From a candidate division WOR-3 bacterium (GTDB lineage Bacteria > Hydrothermota > Tepidihabitantia > Tepidihabitantales > DTDR01), in the NCBI GenBank assembly GCA_025060715.1, contig JANXBG010000007.1, positions 1 to 58,530 of the forward strand: a stretch of 58,530 nt of DNA. Reading direction: 5' to 3'. Under the pieces are notes generated by a model that was not told the origin of the DNA, ran no database searches, and was given only the letters and a program-made list of their open reading frames with translations. Both the position numbers and the translations under genes were made by a program. The stretch's first letter is position 1; each line of letters begins with the position of its first letter. Below, in pieces: positions 19,615 through 29,576 of the stretch.

Positions 19615-20676
19615 ATGCCAAGAATTTGTGAACTTCCTTTACATTACGGTGAGACACCAAGATGGCTTTTTTCTTTAATGGTAAAATTGGGAGCAAAGAT
19701 TATTGAACTTTTCTTAATGGAAAAAAGCCCTTCTTTTCTTTTAGAAAAGCTTTCTGACCCCTTTTGGTTTCAAGCTTTAGGCTCTGTTTTGGGTTTTGAT
19801 TGGCACTCTTCAGGATTAACTACCACACTCTGTGCTGCATTAAAACAGGCAATAAGAGAACTTTCTTTAAAAGAGATAATTATTGCTGGTGGCAAAGGGA
19901 AAGCAGGTTTAAATACTCCACAGGAATTAGATGAAATTGGTTATAAATTGGGAATAGATGTTAGTTCTTTAATCTTTGCCTCCAAAACCACCGCTAAAAT
20001 TGATTCTGTTGCTTTACAAGATGGATACTTTTTATATCACCACACAATTTTTGCTACTAAAGATGGTGAATGGGTGGTTATCCAACAGGGAATGAATACT
20101 GATACTTCTTTGGCAAGAAGATACCATTGGTATTCAAAGGAGTTAAAAGACTATGTGTGTGAGCCTCATAAAGCAGTAGTATCTCTAAAATCGCATAAAA
20201 AAGTGCTAAATTTAGTTGCTTATGAAAATGAAAATATAAGAAAAACGATATCAGAAATTGCTCAACGTAAGCCGGAAAAGAATTTGAAAGATTTATATTA
20301 TATTTTCAGTTTGAAATTACCAAAAGAACATCCAGTGAGAATTGAAGACCTATCTTTAGAAAGATTACATAAGAAATTAAAAAAAATTTATGAAGAAAAA
20401 CCAAAAGATTTTTTATCTTTAATCAACCTTGAGGGAGTAGGGGAGAAGACAATAAGAGCATTAACTTTAATTTCTCATTTAGTATATAAAGAAAATATTA
20501 GTTTCCGAGACGTAAGGATTTTTTCTTATGCCCATGGCGGTAAAGATGGTCATCCCTATCCAATTGTTAAAAAAGATTACGAATTAACAATCAGCCTTTT
20601 AGAAAAAGCAATAAAAGAAAGTAAGATCGGGAGAGAAGAAAAAATCTCTTGCCTTAAAAGATTGTCAACAATTTGA
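19615..20676 (+). CDS. DUF763 family protein
   Basis: LPLHYG..PRWL, LSDPFWFQALG..LGFDWHSSGLTT, LQDGY.LYHH, QQGMN..ARRYHW, FSYAHGGKDGHPYP. Confidence 0.88.
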   Translation: MPRICELPLHYGETPRWLFSLMVKLGAKIIELFLMEKSPSFLLEKLSDPFWFQALGSVLGFDWHSSGLTTTLCAALKQAIRELSLKEIIIAGGKGKAGLNTPQELDEIGYKLGIDVSSLIFASKTTAKIDSVALQDGYFLYHHTIFATKDGEWVVIQQGMNTDTSLARRYHWYSKELKDYVCEPHKAVVSLKSHKKVLNLVAYENENIRKTISEIAQRKPEKNLKDLYYIFSLKLPKEHPVRIEDLSLERLHKKLKKIYEEKPKDFLSLINLEGVGEKTIRALTLISHLVYKENISFRDVRIFSYAHGGKDGHPYPIVKKDYELTISLLEKAIKESKIGREEKISCLKRLSTI

Positions 20677-21596
20677 AACTTCCTGAAAAGTTTATTTTAC
20701 GATATGAAAAAATCATTCCTGAGTTTACACTTTTTTTAAAATCCTTAGAGAAAAAGAGAAAACTTTCTATAAGAATAAATTCTTTAAAAGTCAATAAAAG
20801 AATGATGGAAGAGATTCTTAAAAAATATGACTATGAATCAATCACTTTTTATCCTTATGCTTTTAGATTAAAAAGTGAAAGAGATGAATTTTCTATTGGT
20901 AATACTTTGGAACATTTTTTAGGTTATATCTATGTTCAAGATATTGCTTCAATGATTCCACCGATTGTTTTAGAACCAAAAAAATATGAAAAAGTTTTGG
21001 ATTTAACCGCAGCTCCTGGTTCAAAAACAACTTTAATTTCAGCGATAATGGAGAACACCGGATTAATAGTGGCTAATGATATAAATATAGATAGATTAAA
21101 AGCATTAACCGGTAATATTGATCGCATGGGTTGTTTGAATGTAGTGATTACTAATCTTCACGGCGAAAGATTTGGCAATCTTTTTCCTGAATATTTTGAC
21201 AAAGTTCTTTTAGACGCTCCTTGTAGTAGCGAAGGAACAATCAGCAAAAATTATGAAGTATTAAACCATTGGAATGAGTTATATATTAATAAAATGGCAA
21301 AAATCCAAAAGAATTTAATTATCTCTGCTTTTAAAAGTCTTAAAAAAGATGGTATTTTAGTTTATTCTACCTGCACCTTTGCTCCCGAAGAAAACGAAGG
21401 AGTGATTGATTTTCTTTTAAGGAGATATGATAATGCCCTTTTAGAAGAGATAAATATACCGGGAATAAAAACCTGTGAAGGAATAACCGAATGGGAAGGG
21501 TTTAAAAATGAAGAGTTAAAAAGATGTGTAAGAATTTATCCTCATTATAATGAATGCGAAGGTTTTTTTATTGCCCGAATTAGAAAACTTCCTTAA
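20673..21596 (+). CDS. RsmB/RsmF/NOP2-family RNA m5C methyltransferase
   Basis: YVQDIASMIP, LDLTAAPGSKT, VLLDAPCSSEG, VYSTCTFAPEENE, EGFFIA. Confidence 0.92.
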   Translation: MKLPEKFILRYEKIIPEFTLFLKSLEKKRKLSIRINSLKVNKRMMEEILKKYDYESITFYPYAFRLKSERDEFSIGNTLEHFLGYIYVQDIASMIPPIVLEPKKYEKVLDLTAAPGSKTTLISAIMENTGLIVANDINIDRLKALTGNIDRMGCLNVVITNLHGERFGNLFPEYFDKVLLDAPCSSEGTISKNYEVLNHWNELYINKMAKIQKNLIISAFKSLKKDGILVYSTCTFAPEENEGVIDFLLRRYDNALLEEINIPGIKTCEGITEWEGFKNEELKRCVRIYPHYNECEGFFIARIRKLP

Positions 21597-21598
21597 AG

Positions 21599-22147
21599 AT
21601 GAAAAATAGCTGGGTAATTATAATCTTAATATTTATTGGTATAATAATTTTAAGTTTGGTTTATCTTTCACAGAAGATAAAGAGAGAAAAATTTAAAATA
21701 GAATATTTCCCCATCTATGGTGTTGATGCCCAAAGAGGAAAAGAGAAAATAAATTTTTATGTTCCTATACCAAAAAATCTTTCTTTAATAAAAAAATTAA
21801 AAATAATTGCTGACCAATTATCTAAATTTAAATTTAATGGCTTACCAATTAATGTTTTAAGGATTGAAGAGAAGAATAACAAAAAGATTGCGATTATTGA
21901 TTTACAAGAAACGGCTTTTTCCGATTCCAAGAATTTTTTACCTTCTTGGCGAACAAAATATTTTCAAGGTTCTACCGGTGGCTATATTACTACCTTAACT
22001 TTAACCAAATCTTTTTTACAAGAAGATTATCAAGGAGAATGGATTGATGGAATAGAATTTTATTACGAAGGAAAACCAATATTAGAAGGTGAATGGGACC
22101 ATATTACACTGTATGGAACAATATACCGATTTAAAAATAAATATTAA
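21599..22147 (+). CDS. Hypothetical protein with N-terminal membrane anchor
   Basis: N-terminal TM helix; motifs YFQGSTGG and LQEDYQGEWIDGIEF. Confidence 0.75.
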   Translation: MKNSWVIIILIFIGIIILSLVYLSQKIKREKFKIEYFPIYGVDAQRGKEKINFYVPIPKNLSLIKKLKIIADQLSKFKFNGLPINVLRIEEKNNKKIAIIDLQETAFSDSKNFLPSWRTKYFQGSTGGYITTLTLTKSFLQEDYQGEWIDGIEFYYEGKPILEGEWDHITLYGTIYRFKNKY

Positions 22148-22154
22148 AAGATTT

Positions 22155-22182
22155 TTGACTTTTTTTTCTTATATTTTATAAT
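22155..22182 (+). promoter_or_regulatory. metG promoter, apparently leaderless
   Basis: TTGACT-N16-TATAAT-N5-ATG, no Shine-Dalgarno. Confidence 0.7.
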
Positions 22183-22187
22183 TTTTT

Positions 22188-24164
22188 ATGAAAATTTTAG
22201 TAACTAGTGCTTTACCCTATGCCAATGGTGATATCCATTTAGGCCATTTAGCCGGTTGTTATTTACCTGCTGATATCTATGTCCGTTATCAAAAATCAAG
22301 AAAAAGGGATTGTATTCATATTTGTGGCACTGATGAGCACGGTGTGCCCATTATTATTGCTGCCTTAGAAAAGAAATGTTCGCCAAAAGAAGTAATTGAT
22401 TATTATTATGAAAGAATTAAAAAAGCTTTTGAAGATTTTGGTATTATCTTTGATAACTTCTCAAGAACCTCTCTACCTCTTCATCATAAAATCTCTCAGG
22501 ATTTCTTTTTGAAGATTTACCAAGATGGATATATCTACAAAAAAGAAATGAGTCAATTTTATTGCGAAAGTTGTCAACTATTTTTAGCCGATAGATATAT
22601 TTATGGAATTTGTCCTTTTTGTCATAACCAAAAAGCTCGAGGTGACCAATGTGAACTCTGTGGCCGTTGGCTTGAACCTTTTCAATTAATTTCGCCTAAA
22701 TGTAAAATTTGCAATAGCTCACCAATTGAAAAGAAAACTTTTCACTATTTTTTTGCTTTAAGTAGATTACAAGAAAAATTAAGAGAGTGGCTTTCTACTA
22801 AAGATTTTTGGAAAGATAATGTAAAAAAATTTTCTCTCGGTTTATTAAATCAAGGGTTGGAAGATCGAGCAATTAGTAGAGATTTACCGTGGGGAGTAAG
22901 AATTCCTTTGGAAGAAGCTAAAGATAAAGTTCTTTATGTTTGGTTTGATGCGCCGATTGGTTATATTTCATCCACAGTGGAATGGGCAGAAAAAAATAAT
23001 AAAGGAGATTTGTGGAAAGAGTATTGGCTAAATTCTGATACAAGATTAATCCATTTTATCGGTAAAGATAATATTATCTTCCACGCGTTAATCTGGCCGG
23101 CAATGCTTATCGCTCATGGAGATTATATTCTTCCTTATAATATTCCCGCTAATGAATTTCTCAATTTAGAGGGTAGAAAATTATCTACTTCAGAAAACTG
23201 GGCAGTTTGGCTTATTGATTATTTAAAAGAATTTCCTCCTGATATGCTTCGTTATACCCTGGCGGTAAATCTACCCGAAACCAATGATATTGATTTTACT
23301 TGGAAAGATTTTCAAACAAAAGTGAATAACGAATTGGCTGATATTTTAGGCAATTTTGTTAATCGAGTTTTATTGTTTATTAAAAGAAGTTTAAAAGGAA
23401 AAATCCCCGAAGATTTGGAATTAGATAATAAAGTTTTAGAAACCATTAAAGAAATAAAAACAAAAGTAGAAAATTTGATTGAAAATTTTGAAATCAAAAA
23501 TGGTATAAAAGAATTGATGAAATTACCTTCTTTTGGCAATCAATATTTTGATCATGAAGCTCCTTGGCAGACATTAAAAAGCAATTTTAAAAAATGTGAG
23601 AAAACAATTACTAACTGCTTAATTTTGATTAAAAGTATTGAAGTTCTATTTCGCCCCTACTTGCCTTTTACTTGTGAAAAAATTAGAAATTTTTTGAATT
23701 TAAAAAAATTTGAATGGGATGACGTTTTAGAAAAAGAATTTTTATTAAGCAAACCAATTTTAAAAGAAGTAGAAATATTGTTTAACAAAATTCCTGAAGA
23801 AAAGATTGAGCTACAGTTAAAAAAATTAAAAGGAGGAAAAATGGAGATAACCATTGAGGATTTTAAAAAACTTGATCTAAGGGTCGGAAGAGTTTTAAAT
23901 TGTGAAAGGGTAAAAGGAAGTGATAAACTGTTGGTTTTAGAAATAGATATTGGTAAAGAGTTGCGACAAATAGTTGCTGGCATAGGCAATACTTATGAAC
24001 CTAAAGATTTGATTGGTAAAAATGTTATTGTTATTTGTAATCTCCAACCAGCAAAAATTAAGGGTATTGAGTCTAACGGTATGCTTTTGGCGGTTGGGGA
24101 AGAACGGGCAATTGCTATTTTGACTACGGATAAAGATGTGCCACCGGGAAGTATTGTAAGATAA
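22188..24164 (+). CDS. metG: Methionine--tRNA ligase with C-terminal tRNA-binding domain
   Basis: TSALPYANGDIHLGH, CGTDEHG, zinc knuckles, YVWFDAPIGY, HFIGKDNI, KLSTS; C-terminal Trbp111-like OB domain. Confidence 0.97.
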   Translation: MKILVTSALPYANGDIHLGHLAGCYLPADIYVRYQKSRKRDCIHICGTDEHGVPIIIAALEKKCSPKEVIDYYYERIKKAFEDFGIIFDNFSRTSLPLHHKISQDFFLKIYQDGYIYKKEMSQFYCESCQLFLADRYIYGICPFCHNQKARGDQCELCGRWLEPFQLISPKCKICNSSPIEKKTFHYFFALSRLQEKLREWLSTKDFWKDNVKKFSLGLLNQGLEDRAISRDLPWGVRIPLEEAKDKVLYVWFDAPIGYISSTVEWAEKNNKGDLWKEYWLNSDTRLIHFIGKDNIIFHALIWPAMLIAHGDYILPYNIPANEFLNLEGRKLSTSENWAVWLIDYLKEFPPDMLRYTLAVNLPETNDIDFTWKDFQTKVNNELADILGNFVNRVLLFIKRSLKGKIPEDLELDNKVLETIKEIKTKVENLIENFEIKNGIKELMKLPSFGNQYFDHEAPWQTLKSNFKKCEKTITNCLILIKSIEVLFRPYLPFTCEKIRNFLNLKKFEWDDVLEKEFLLSKPILKEVEILFNKIPEEKIELQLKKLKGGKMEITIEDFKKLDLRVGRVLNCERVKGSDKLLVLEIDIGKELRQIVAGIGNTYEPKDLIGKNVIVICNLQPAKIKGIESNGMLLAVGEERAIAILTTDKDVPPGSIVR

Positions 24165-24923
24165 ATGTTTTGTGATATTCATGCTCATTTAACTGAAGAG
24201 GATTATAAACAAGATCTACCCTTGGTGATTGAACGAGCAAAAATAGAGAATGTGAACTTAATTATTTTAGTTGGAATTGATATAGAAGATAGTAAAAAAT
24301 TAATTGAAATAATAAAAAAGGATAAAATTCTTTATGGTAATGTAGGTATTCATCCCCATGAAGCAGACCGGATAAAAGAAGAGGATATAAAAAAAATTTA
24401 TAATTTATTAAAGGAAGAAAAAATTTGTGGAATTGGTGAAATTGGTTTAGATTTTTATAAAAACTATTCTCAGAGGGAAAATCAGATTAAGGTTTTTAAA
24501 GAACTTGTAAAAATTGCTAAAGAATTCAATTTGCCAATGAATATCCATTTACGAGAAAGTCATAGAGAGGGTTTAAAAATATTAAAAGAAATTAATTATT
24601 TTAAAGGTGTTTTACATTGTTTTTCGGGTAATGAAGAAATTTTAAAATCAGCAATTGATTTGGGATTATACATTTCCTATTCGGGTGTGATAACTTTTGG
24701 TAGTGAAAGATTGGAAAGGCTTTTAAAGAAGACACCCTTAGATAGATTATTATTAGAAACTGACGCTCCTTATCTTACTCCCGTCCCTAAAAGAGGAATG
24801 AGAAATGAGCCTTCTTACATAAAATATATCTATCAAAAAGTAAGTGAAGTTTTAGAAATGGAAATTAAGGAATTAGAAAGAAGAATTGAAGAAAATGTTA
24901 AAAGACTTTTCACAATTAATTAA
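24165..24923 (+). CDS. tatD: TatD family hydrolase
   Basis: DIHAHL, GIHPHE, IGEIGLDFY, GVLHCFSG, LLETDAPYL, RNEP. Confidence 0.92.
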   Translation: MFCDIHAHLTEEDYKQDLPLVIERAKIENVNLIILVGIDIEDSKKLIEIIKKDKILYGNVGIHPHEADRIKEEDIKKIYNLLKEEKICGIGEIGLDFYKNYSQRENQIKVFKELVKIAKEFNLPMNIHLRESHREGLKILKEINYFKGVLHCFSGNEEILKSAIDLGLYISYSGVITFGSERLERLLKKTPLDRLLLETDAPYLTPVPKRGMRNEPSYIKYIYQKVSEVLEMEIKELERRIEENVKRLFTIN

Positions 24924-25695
24924 AAAAGTTAAATTAAAAAAATCTCTTTCCCAAGTTTTTTTGAAAAATAAAAAGATTGCTGAACGAATAGTTGACTTCT
25001 TAGAGTTAAAAGGTGAAGAAATTGTATTGGAAATCGGTGTCGGTGACGGAATTTTAACAGAGTATTTAATAAAAAAAGCAAAATTTGTTTATGGAGTAGA
25101 AATTGATAAAAGATTAGTTGATTTATTAATAGAAAAATTTAGAGGAGTGGAAAATTTACAATTAATTTGCCAAGATATTTTACAATATGATATTAGTGAT
25201 AAAAAAAATTTAATAATTGTGGGTAATATTCCTTTTAATATTTCTACCCCTTTAATTTTTTGGTTATTAAAATATCACAAGAATTTTCAAAAGGCAATTC
25301 TTTCTTTTCAAAAAGAGTTTGCTTTAAGGTTATTAGCAAAAATAAAAAATAAAAATTATTCACCTATCACAATTTTAACAGATAATTTTTTTATTAAAAA
25401 AAGTCTTTTTGTGATTGACCGAAAATATTTTTTTCCGCCGCCAAAGGTTTCCACAATGGTAATGTTAATTATTCCTAAAGAAGAACCTCTTTATAAAGTA
25501 GAGTATGAAAGTTTCTTTAAATTTTTAAGAATTATTTTTTCTCAGAGAAGAAAAAAATTATTAAATATTATTGTCAATAATTTTGGTAAAGAAAAATTAG
25601 AATTATTAAAAGGATTATCAATCGATCTAACTAAAAGGCCAGAGGAAATTGAACTAAAGGAATTTTATCTTCTTTTTAATCACCTTGCCAAATAA
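24895..25695 (+). CDS. rsmA: 16S rRNA m6,2A dimethyltransferase
   Basis: KKSLSQVFL, LEIGVGDG, VEIDKRL, VGNIPFNIST, FFPPPKV, QRRKKL; metG-tatD-rsmA context; ATG at 24895 preferred to upstream TTG. Confidence 0.92.
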   Translation: MLKDFSQLIKKVKLKKSLSQVFLKNKKIAERIVDFLELKGEEIVLEIGVGDGILTEYLIKKAKFVYGVEIDKRLVDLLIEKFRGVENLQLICQDILQYDISDKKNLIIVGNIPFNISTPLIFWLLKYHKNFQKAILSFQKEFALRLLAKIKNKNYSPITILTDNFFIKKSLFVIDRKYFFPPPKVSTMVMLIIPKEEPLYKVEYESFFKFLRIIFSQRRKKLLNIIVNNFGKEKLELLKGLSIDLTKRPEEIELKEFYLLFNHLAK

Positions 25696-27154
25696 TCTCA
25701 CCTTTTTTAATTACTGCTTTTATTTTTATATCATAATTATCTATTGGTAAACTTTCTAAGACTACTAAATCTGCTTCATAGTCTTTTTTAATCTCACCTA
25801 TTTTATTTTCTAAGAATATTCCGTAAGCAGCATTTTTGGTAAATAAATTGACTGCTTCTTTTAAATTAATTCTTTCCTTTTCATTAGGATGATTGAGTGC
25901 TGAATAGATTCCTAATAATGGATTAGGTGGTGTGATAGGGGCATCCGAGCCACCAACTAAAATAATATTTTCATTAAGTAAACTACGATAGGGATTAGTA
26001 AATTTTATTCTTTTACCTAATCTTTTTTCATACAATTTATTTTCTCCTCCCCAGTAATATTCAAAAGCTGGTTGACAAGAAATAATTAAATTTAATTTTT
26101 TTATTTTTTTTATTAATTGATTATTTAAAACTTCACAATGTTCAATTCTATGGCGCAAAGAATTATCTTTTAAAAATTTTTCATAAGTATTCACTACTTG
26201 TTCAATTGCTCTATCGCCAATAGCATGAAGGGCAGTTTGTAAATTTTCATCGTTAGCCTTTTTTAAAAAATTATACAGTTCTTCGTCAGAAAAATAGAGA
26301 ATTCCTCTAGTATTAGGATTGTCTTCGTAAGGTTGAGAAAGAGCAGCAGTATAAGAAGATAAGGAACCATCAATGAGAATACACCCACCTATTCTTTTTA
26401 ATCCTAAATTTTTGACTTTATTAATATCTTTTATCTGAGGAAAGATTATGATATCAATTTTAAAACTATTTAAACTTTCTAAAAGAATCTCATAAGAATT
26501 ATCCTCTTCTTCCCCCACCATTGCGCATAAAGTAGTTATACCATTTTTCATTGCTACTTTTTCTGCTTCTTGAAAAGCAAGAATTTTTATATCTCTTGGT
26601 AAATTTTTTTTGTAATATTTATGGACCAATTCATTGGCTTCTCCTCGTAATACTCCAGTTGGTTCTTTATAAGCATCTAATTCCATTCCGGAAACAACAT
26701 TTTTCTCAAAAATTTTTATTAGACCATAAGTATTTAAAATCGTTGTGTGACCATCTCTTTGAGAAATTATTAAAGTTTTTTTATCAACAATTTTATCTAA
26801 TTCTTTTCTTTTAGGATATCTTTTTTCTTTTATTTTTTCTAAATCAAAATTAAAAAATATTAAAAAAGGAAAAAAAGAAAGATTTCTTTTTGTCTCTGCA
26901 ATTACATCAAAAAGGTCATTAAGAGAAGAGATAGAGGAGAGGTCTGGAAAAATATTTAAAAGTCCTAATTCTAAAAGATGAATATGAGAATCAATAAAAC
27001 CTGGTAAAAGATAACAATTTTTATAATCAATTATTGGATAATTAGGCCTCTCTTTTCCTAAGAATATTTCAACAAACTTTTTATTTTTAACCAAAAGAAA
27101 ACCTTCTTGAAAATTATTATCCACATATATTTTTCCTTTAATTAGGTATTCCAT
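25676..27154 (-). CDS. Amidohydrolase family protein (YtcJ-like)
   Basis: LPGFIDSHIH, DGSL, HAIGDRA, RHRIEHC, GGSDAP, ADLVVL. Confidence 0.9.
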   Translation of the reverse strand: MEYLIKGKIYVDNNFQEGFLLVKNKKFVEIFLGKERPNYPIIDYKNCYLLPGFIDSHIHLLELGLLNIFPDLSSISSLNDLFDVIAETKRNLSFFPFLIFFNFDLEKIKEKRYPKRKELDKIVDKKTLIISQRDGHTTILNTYGLIKIFEKNVVSGMELDAYKEPTGVLRGEANELVHKYYKKNLPRDIKILAFQEAEKVAMKNGITTLCAMVGEEEDNSYEILLESLNSFKIDIIIFPQIKDINKVKNLGLKRIGGCILIDGSLSSYTAALSQPYEDNPNTRGILYFSDEELYNFLKKANDENLQTALHAIGDRAIEQVVNTYEKFLKDNSLRHRIEHCEVLNNQLIKKIKKLNLIISCQPAFEYYWGGENKLYEKRLGKRIKFTNPYRSLLNENIILVGGSDAPITPPNPLLGIYSALNHPNEKERINLKEAVNLFTKNAAYGIFLENKIGEIKKDYEADLVVLESLPIDNYDIKIKAVIKKGEIIWQGD

Positions 27155-27155
27155 T

Positions 27156-28478
27156 TTATTTCTTTACCAACTTTCCTAACACCTCAATATGATAAGTTTG
27201 GGGAAACATGTCAAAAAGTTCAATTGTTTCAATTTCGTAACCGATTTCTAAAATTCTTTTTAAATCTCGTGAAAAGGTTGCTGGATTACAAGAGATATAT
27301 AAAATAATTTTTGGTTTAATTCTTTTTAAATGAAAAATTACTTTTTCATCAATTCCTTTTCGTGGAGGGTCTAAAATTATCTTATCAATATTATCAAAAC
27401 TATCTAAAACTTCTTCACATTTTCCTAATTGAAAACTTACATTAAAACAATTGTTTATTAATTTATTAAAAATTGCATCATTATAAGCGCTTTTTTCGCT
27501 TTCAATACCAGTTATTTCTTTTACATAGGGAGATAAAACAATACTGAAAACTCCAACACCTGAATATAAATCTAATATTCGATCTGTTTCTTGAGGTTCA
27601 ATTAATTCAATAATTCTCTTAATCAAAAGTTGAGTAGCCTCATAATGATTTTGGAAAAAAGAGTTTACTGATATCCGAAATTTTTTATTAAATAATTCCT
27701 CAAAATAGTAATTCCGACCAAAAATCGATAAAAAATTATTAGTGAGAACCCGGTTTTTAGGGAAAGGATTTATATTAAAAAGAAAACCCACTATTCTCTC
27801 CTTTATCTCTGTTGGTAAGATATCGTAAAATTTATCAATCTTTTTTTCGTAAAATCTTCCCACGATAATTAATAAAATTTCTTTTAATTTATTTGCTTGC
27901 CTTAATACTAAAAATCTTAAATTTCCAGTTTTTTTGTTTTCATCATAAATTTCTAAATTATTGTTATTAAGAAATTGATTAAGATAGTTTTTTATTTCAT
28001 TAAAAATAACAGGGTTAATAAAACAATCAGAAACTTCCACAACCTTATGAGTATTTTTTTGATAATAACCAATATAAATTCTATTATTATTTCTATTAAA
28101 CATCATTTGGACTTTATTACGATAATGCCAGGGATTTACGGGCAAAGGATTTTTGGGAGGGAAAAAAATATTGCTTAAATGTTGTAAACAATCGCTAACC
28201 AAGAGTTTTTTTAAAATTAATTGATAAATGTACTCAGCATGTTGGAAATCACAGCCGCCACATATTTTAAATATTGGACATTTAGGTTCTGTTCTAAAAG
28301 GAGAAGATTCTAATATTTGAGAAATTTCTCCCAACCAATAATGCTTCTTTTTTTCTTTAACTTTCACTAACAATTTTTCTTCCGGTAAAGAATAAGGGAC
28401 AAAAACTTTCATTTTTTGATAATTACCCAATCCAAAACCACCAAAAATAATTTTATCAATTTTTAATTCAATTACCAT
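27156..28478 (-). CDS. rlmD: 23S rRNA m5U1939 methyltransferase with TRAM domain
   Basis: N-terminal TRAM-like region, CPIFKICGGCDFQH, YRNK, SFFQN, LDLYSGVG, LDPPRKG, YISCNPATFSRD, DMFPQTYHIE. Confidence 0.9.
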   Translation of the reverse strand: MVIELKIDKIIFGGFGLGNYQKMKVFVPYSLPEEKLLVKVKEKKKHYWLGEISQILESSPFRTEPKCPIFKICGGCDFQHAEYIYQLILKKLLVSDCLQHLSNIFFPPKNPLPVNPWHYRNKVQMMFNRNNNRIYIGYYQKNTHKVVEVSDCFINPVIFNEIKNYLNQFLNNNNLEIYDENKKTGNLRFLVLRQANKLKEILLIIVGRFYEKKIDKFYDILPTEIKERIVGFLFNINPFPKNRVLTNNFLSIFGRNYYFEELFNKKFRISVNSFFQNHYEATQLLIKRIIELIEPQETDRILDLYSGVGVFSIVLSPYVKEITGIESEKSAYNDAIFNKLINNCFNVSFQLGKCEEVLDSFDNIDKIILDPPRKGIDEKVIFHLKRIKPKIILYISCNPATFSRDLKRILEIGYEIETIELFDMFPQTYHIEVLGKLVKK

Positions 28479-28957
28479 TGAGAAGAAAGCTGCTGATAAA
28501 TTTCGGAAGCAATTTTTTTCATAATTTCTCTGATTACCTTTTCTTCCGCTTCTTCTATTGGATAATTTAAAGACTTACTTATAGAATTATTAAAAATAAT
28601 CCTTTCGGTATCCCTTTCTTTTCCTTTTACTTGACAAGATATTATTATTTGCCATTCGCTAATATTTTGAAAAGCATCATAAACAGCTGGTTTTTTTTCG
28701 TAATTATCAATTACTCCGGAGATAATCAATTCTGCTTCTTCCAAATTTACTAATTTTATTTGAGGCTGGTTTTTAAAATAATTTTCTAACTCTTCAGTTA
28801 GAATTATTTCTAACATTGGTTTTAAAGTTTTATTTTCTATGAAGGAAAGAGCAATTTTTTTATAAACAATTTGAGAGGGTATCCTGGTGGTATAACCGCA
28901 ACGAAAAGTTATTAAGTTTAATATTAGGCTTAAAAGGAAGAGAAAAATGTATTTCAT
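28472..28957 (-). CDS. lptE: LPS assembly lipoprotein LptE-like protein
   Basis: Signal peptide with Cys (TFRCGYT), ENKT..P.LE..LTEEL, C-terminal W typical of FCB-type LptE. Confidence 0.7.
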   Translation of the reverse strand: MKYIFLFLLSLILNLITFRCGYTTRIPSQIVYKKIALSFIENKTLKPMLEIILTEELENYFKNQPQIKLVNLEEAELIISGVIDNYEKKPAVYDAFQNISEWQIIISCQVKGKERDTERIIFNNSISKSLNYPIEEAEEKVIREIMKKIASEIYQQLSSQW

Positions 28958-28987
28958 AAATTATATAAATTATAAAAATTAATAACA

Positions 28988-29036
28988 TTTTATCAATAGA
29001 TATTTTTATCAATAGATATTTATTGATTTTTATCAA
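28988..29036. promoter_or_regulatory. 16-bp tandem repeat plus TTGAT-N4-ATCAA palindrome in a divergent promoter region
   Basis: TTTTATCAATAGATAT twice (28988-29019); TTGATTTTTATCAA at 29023-29036. Confidence 0.45.
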
Positions 29037-29061
29037 AATTTTAGTATTTTTATATATATAA

Positions 29062-29445
29062 ATGGAAAGAAATCAAAAAGAAAGTTTAATACTAGCGGCT
29101 TTAAGTTATTTCCCTTTTTTTGGGCTTATTCCGTTAATTTTTACTAAAGATGATGAATTTGCTTGCCATCATGCGAAGCAGGGTTTAACTCTTTTTATTT
29201 TTTTACTAATTATTACATTTTCAATCTGGATATTCCATTTTATTTTCTCTAATCTTTTAGGACAAATTTTTATTATTGGCTTAATCTTTAAAATCATTGC
29301 TTGGATAATAAAAAATATAATAGGAATAATTGTTGGTTTATTATATCTCTATTTAGTTTTTGTTGGTTTCATAAATGCTTGGCGAGGAAATTACTGGGAA
29401 ATCCCATTTATCAAGCCTTTAAGTGAAAAAATCATAAAAATTTAA
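29062..29445 (+). CDS. DUF4870-type small membrane protein
   Basis: AALSY, HHAKQGL, INAWRG.YWEIPFI; three TM segments. Confidence 0.8.
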   Translation: MERNQKESLILAALSYFPFFGLIPLIFTKDDEFACHHAKQGLTLFIFLLIITFSIWIFHFIFSNLLGQIFIIGLIFKIIAWIIKNIIGIIVGLLYLYLVFVGFINAWRGNYWEIPFIKPLSEKIIKI

Positions 29446-29465
29446 AAATTATCAAAAATTTTTTA

Positions 29466-29493
29466 AGTTCTGATAATATATATTATGTAAACT
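29466..29493 (+). other. dif site (XerC/XerD chromosome dimer resolution site)
   Basis: AGTTCTGATAA-TATATA-TTATGTAAACT; spacer and XerD arm identical to B. subtilis dif (ACTTCCTAGAA-TATATA-TTATGTAAACT); intergenic between convergent genes. Confidence 0.88.
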
Positions 29494-29543
29494 AAATTAA
29501 AATTAGTATTCAGAATATTCGTGTAGGTTATCCTTATAACTAT

Positions 29544-29576
29544 ATAAGCCTTTGATTTATATTTATAAAGGTTTAT
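29544..29576. promoter_or_regulatory. IHF-consensus site within an imperfect inverted repeat near dif
   Basis: TAAGCCTTTGATT (29545-29557) is the reverse complement of WATCAANNNNTTR; arms ATAAGCCTTT and AAAGGTTTAT. Confidence 0.45.

Noticed and set aside
16412-25695. Convergent 3' overlaps (lnt/M14 52 bp; rsmA/amidohydrolase 20 bp)
   Set aside because: Common in compact genomes; no evidence of function.
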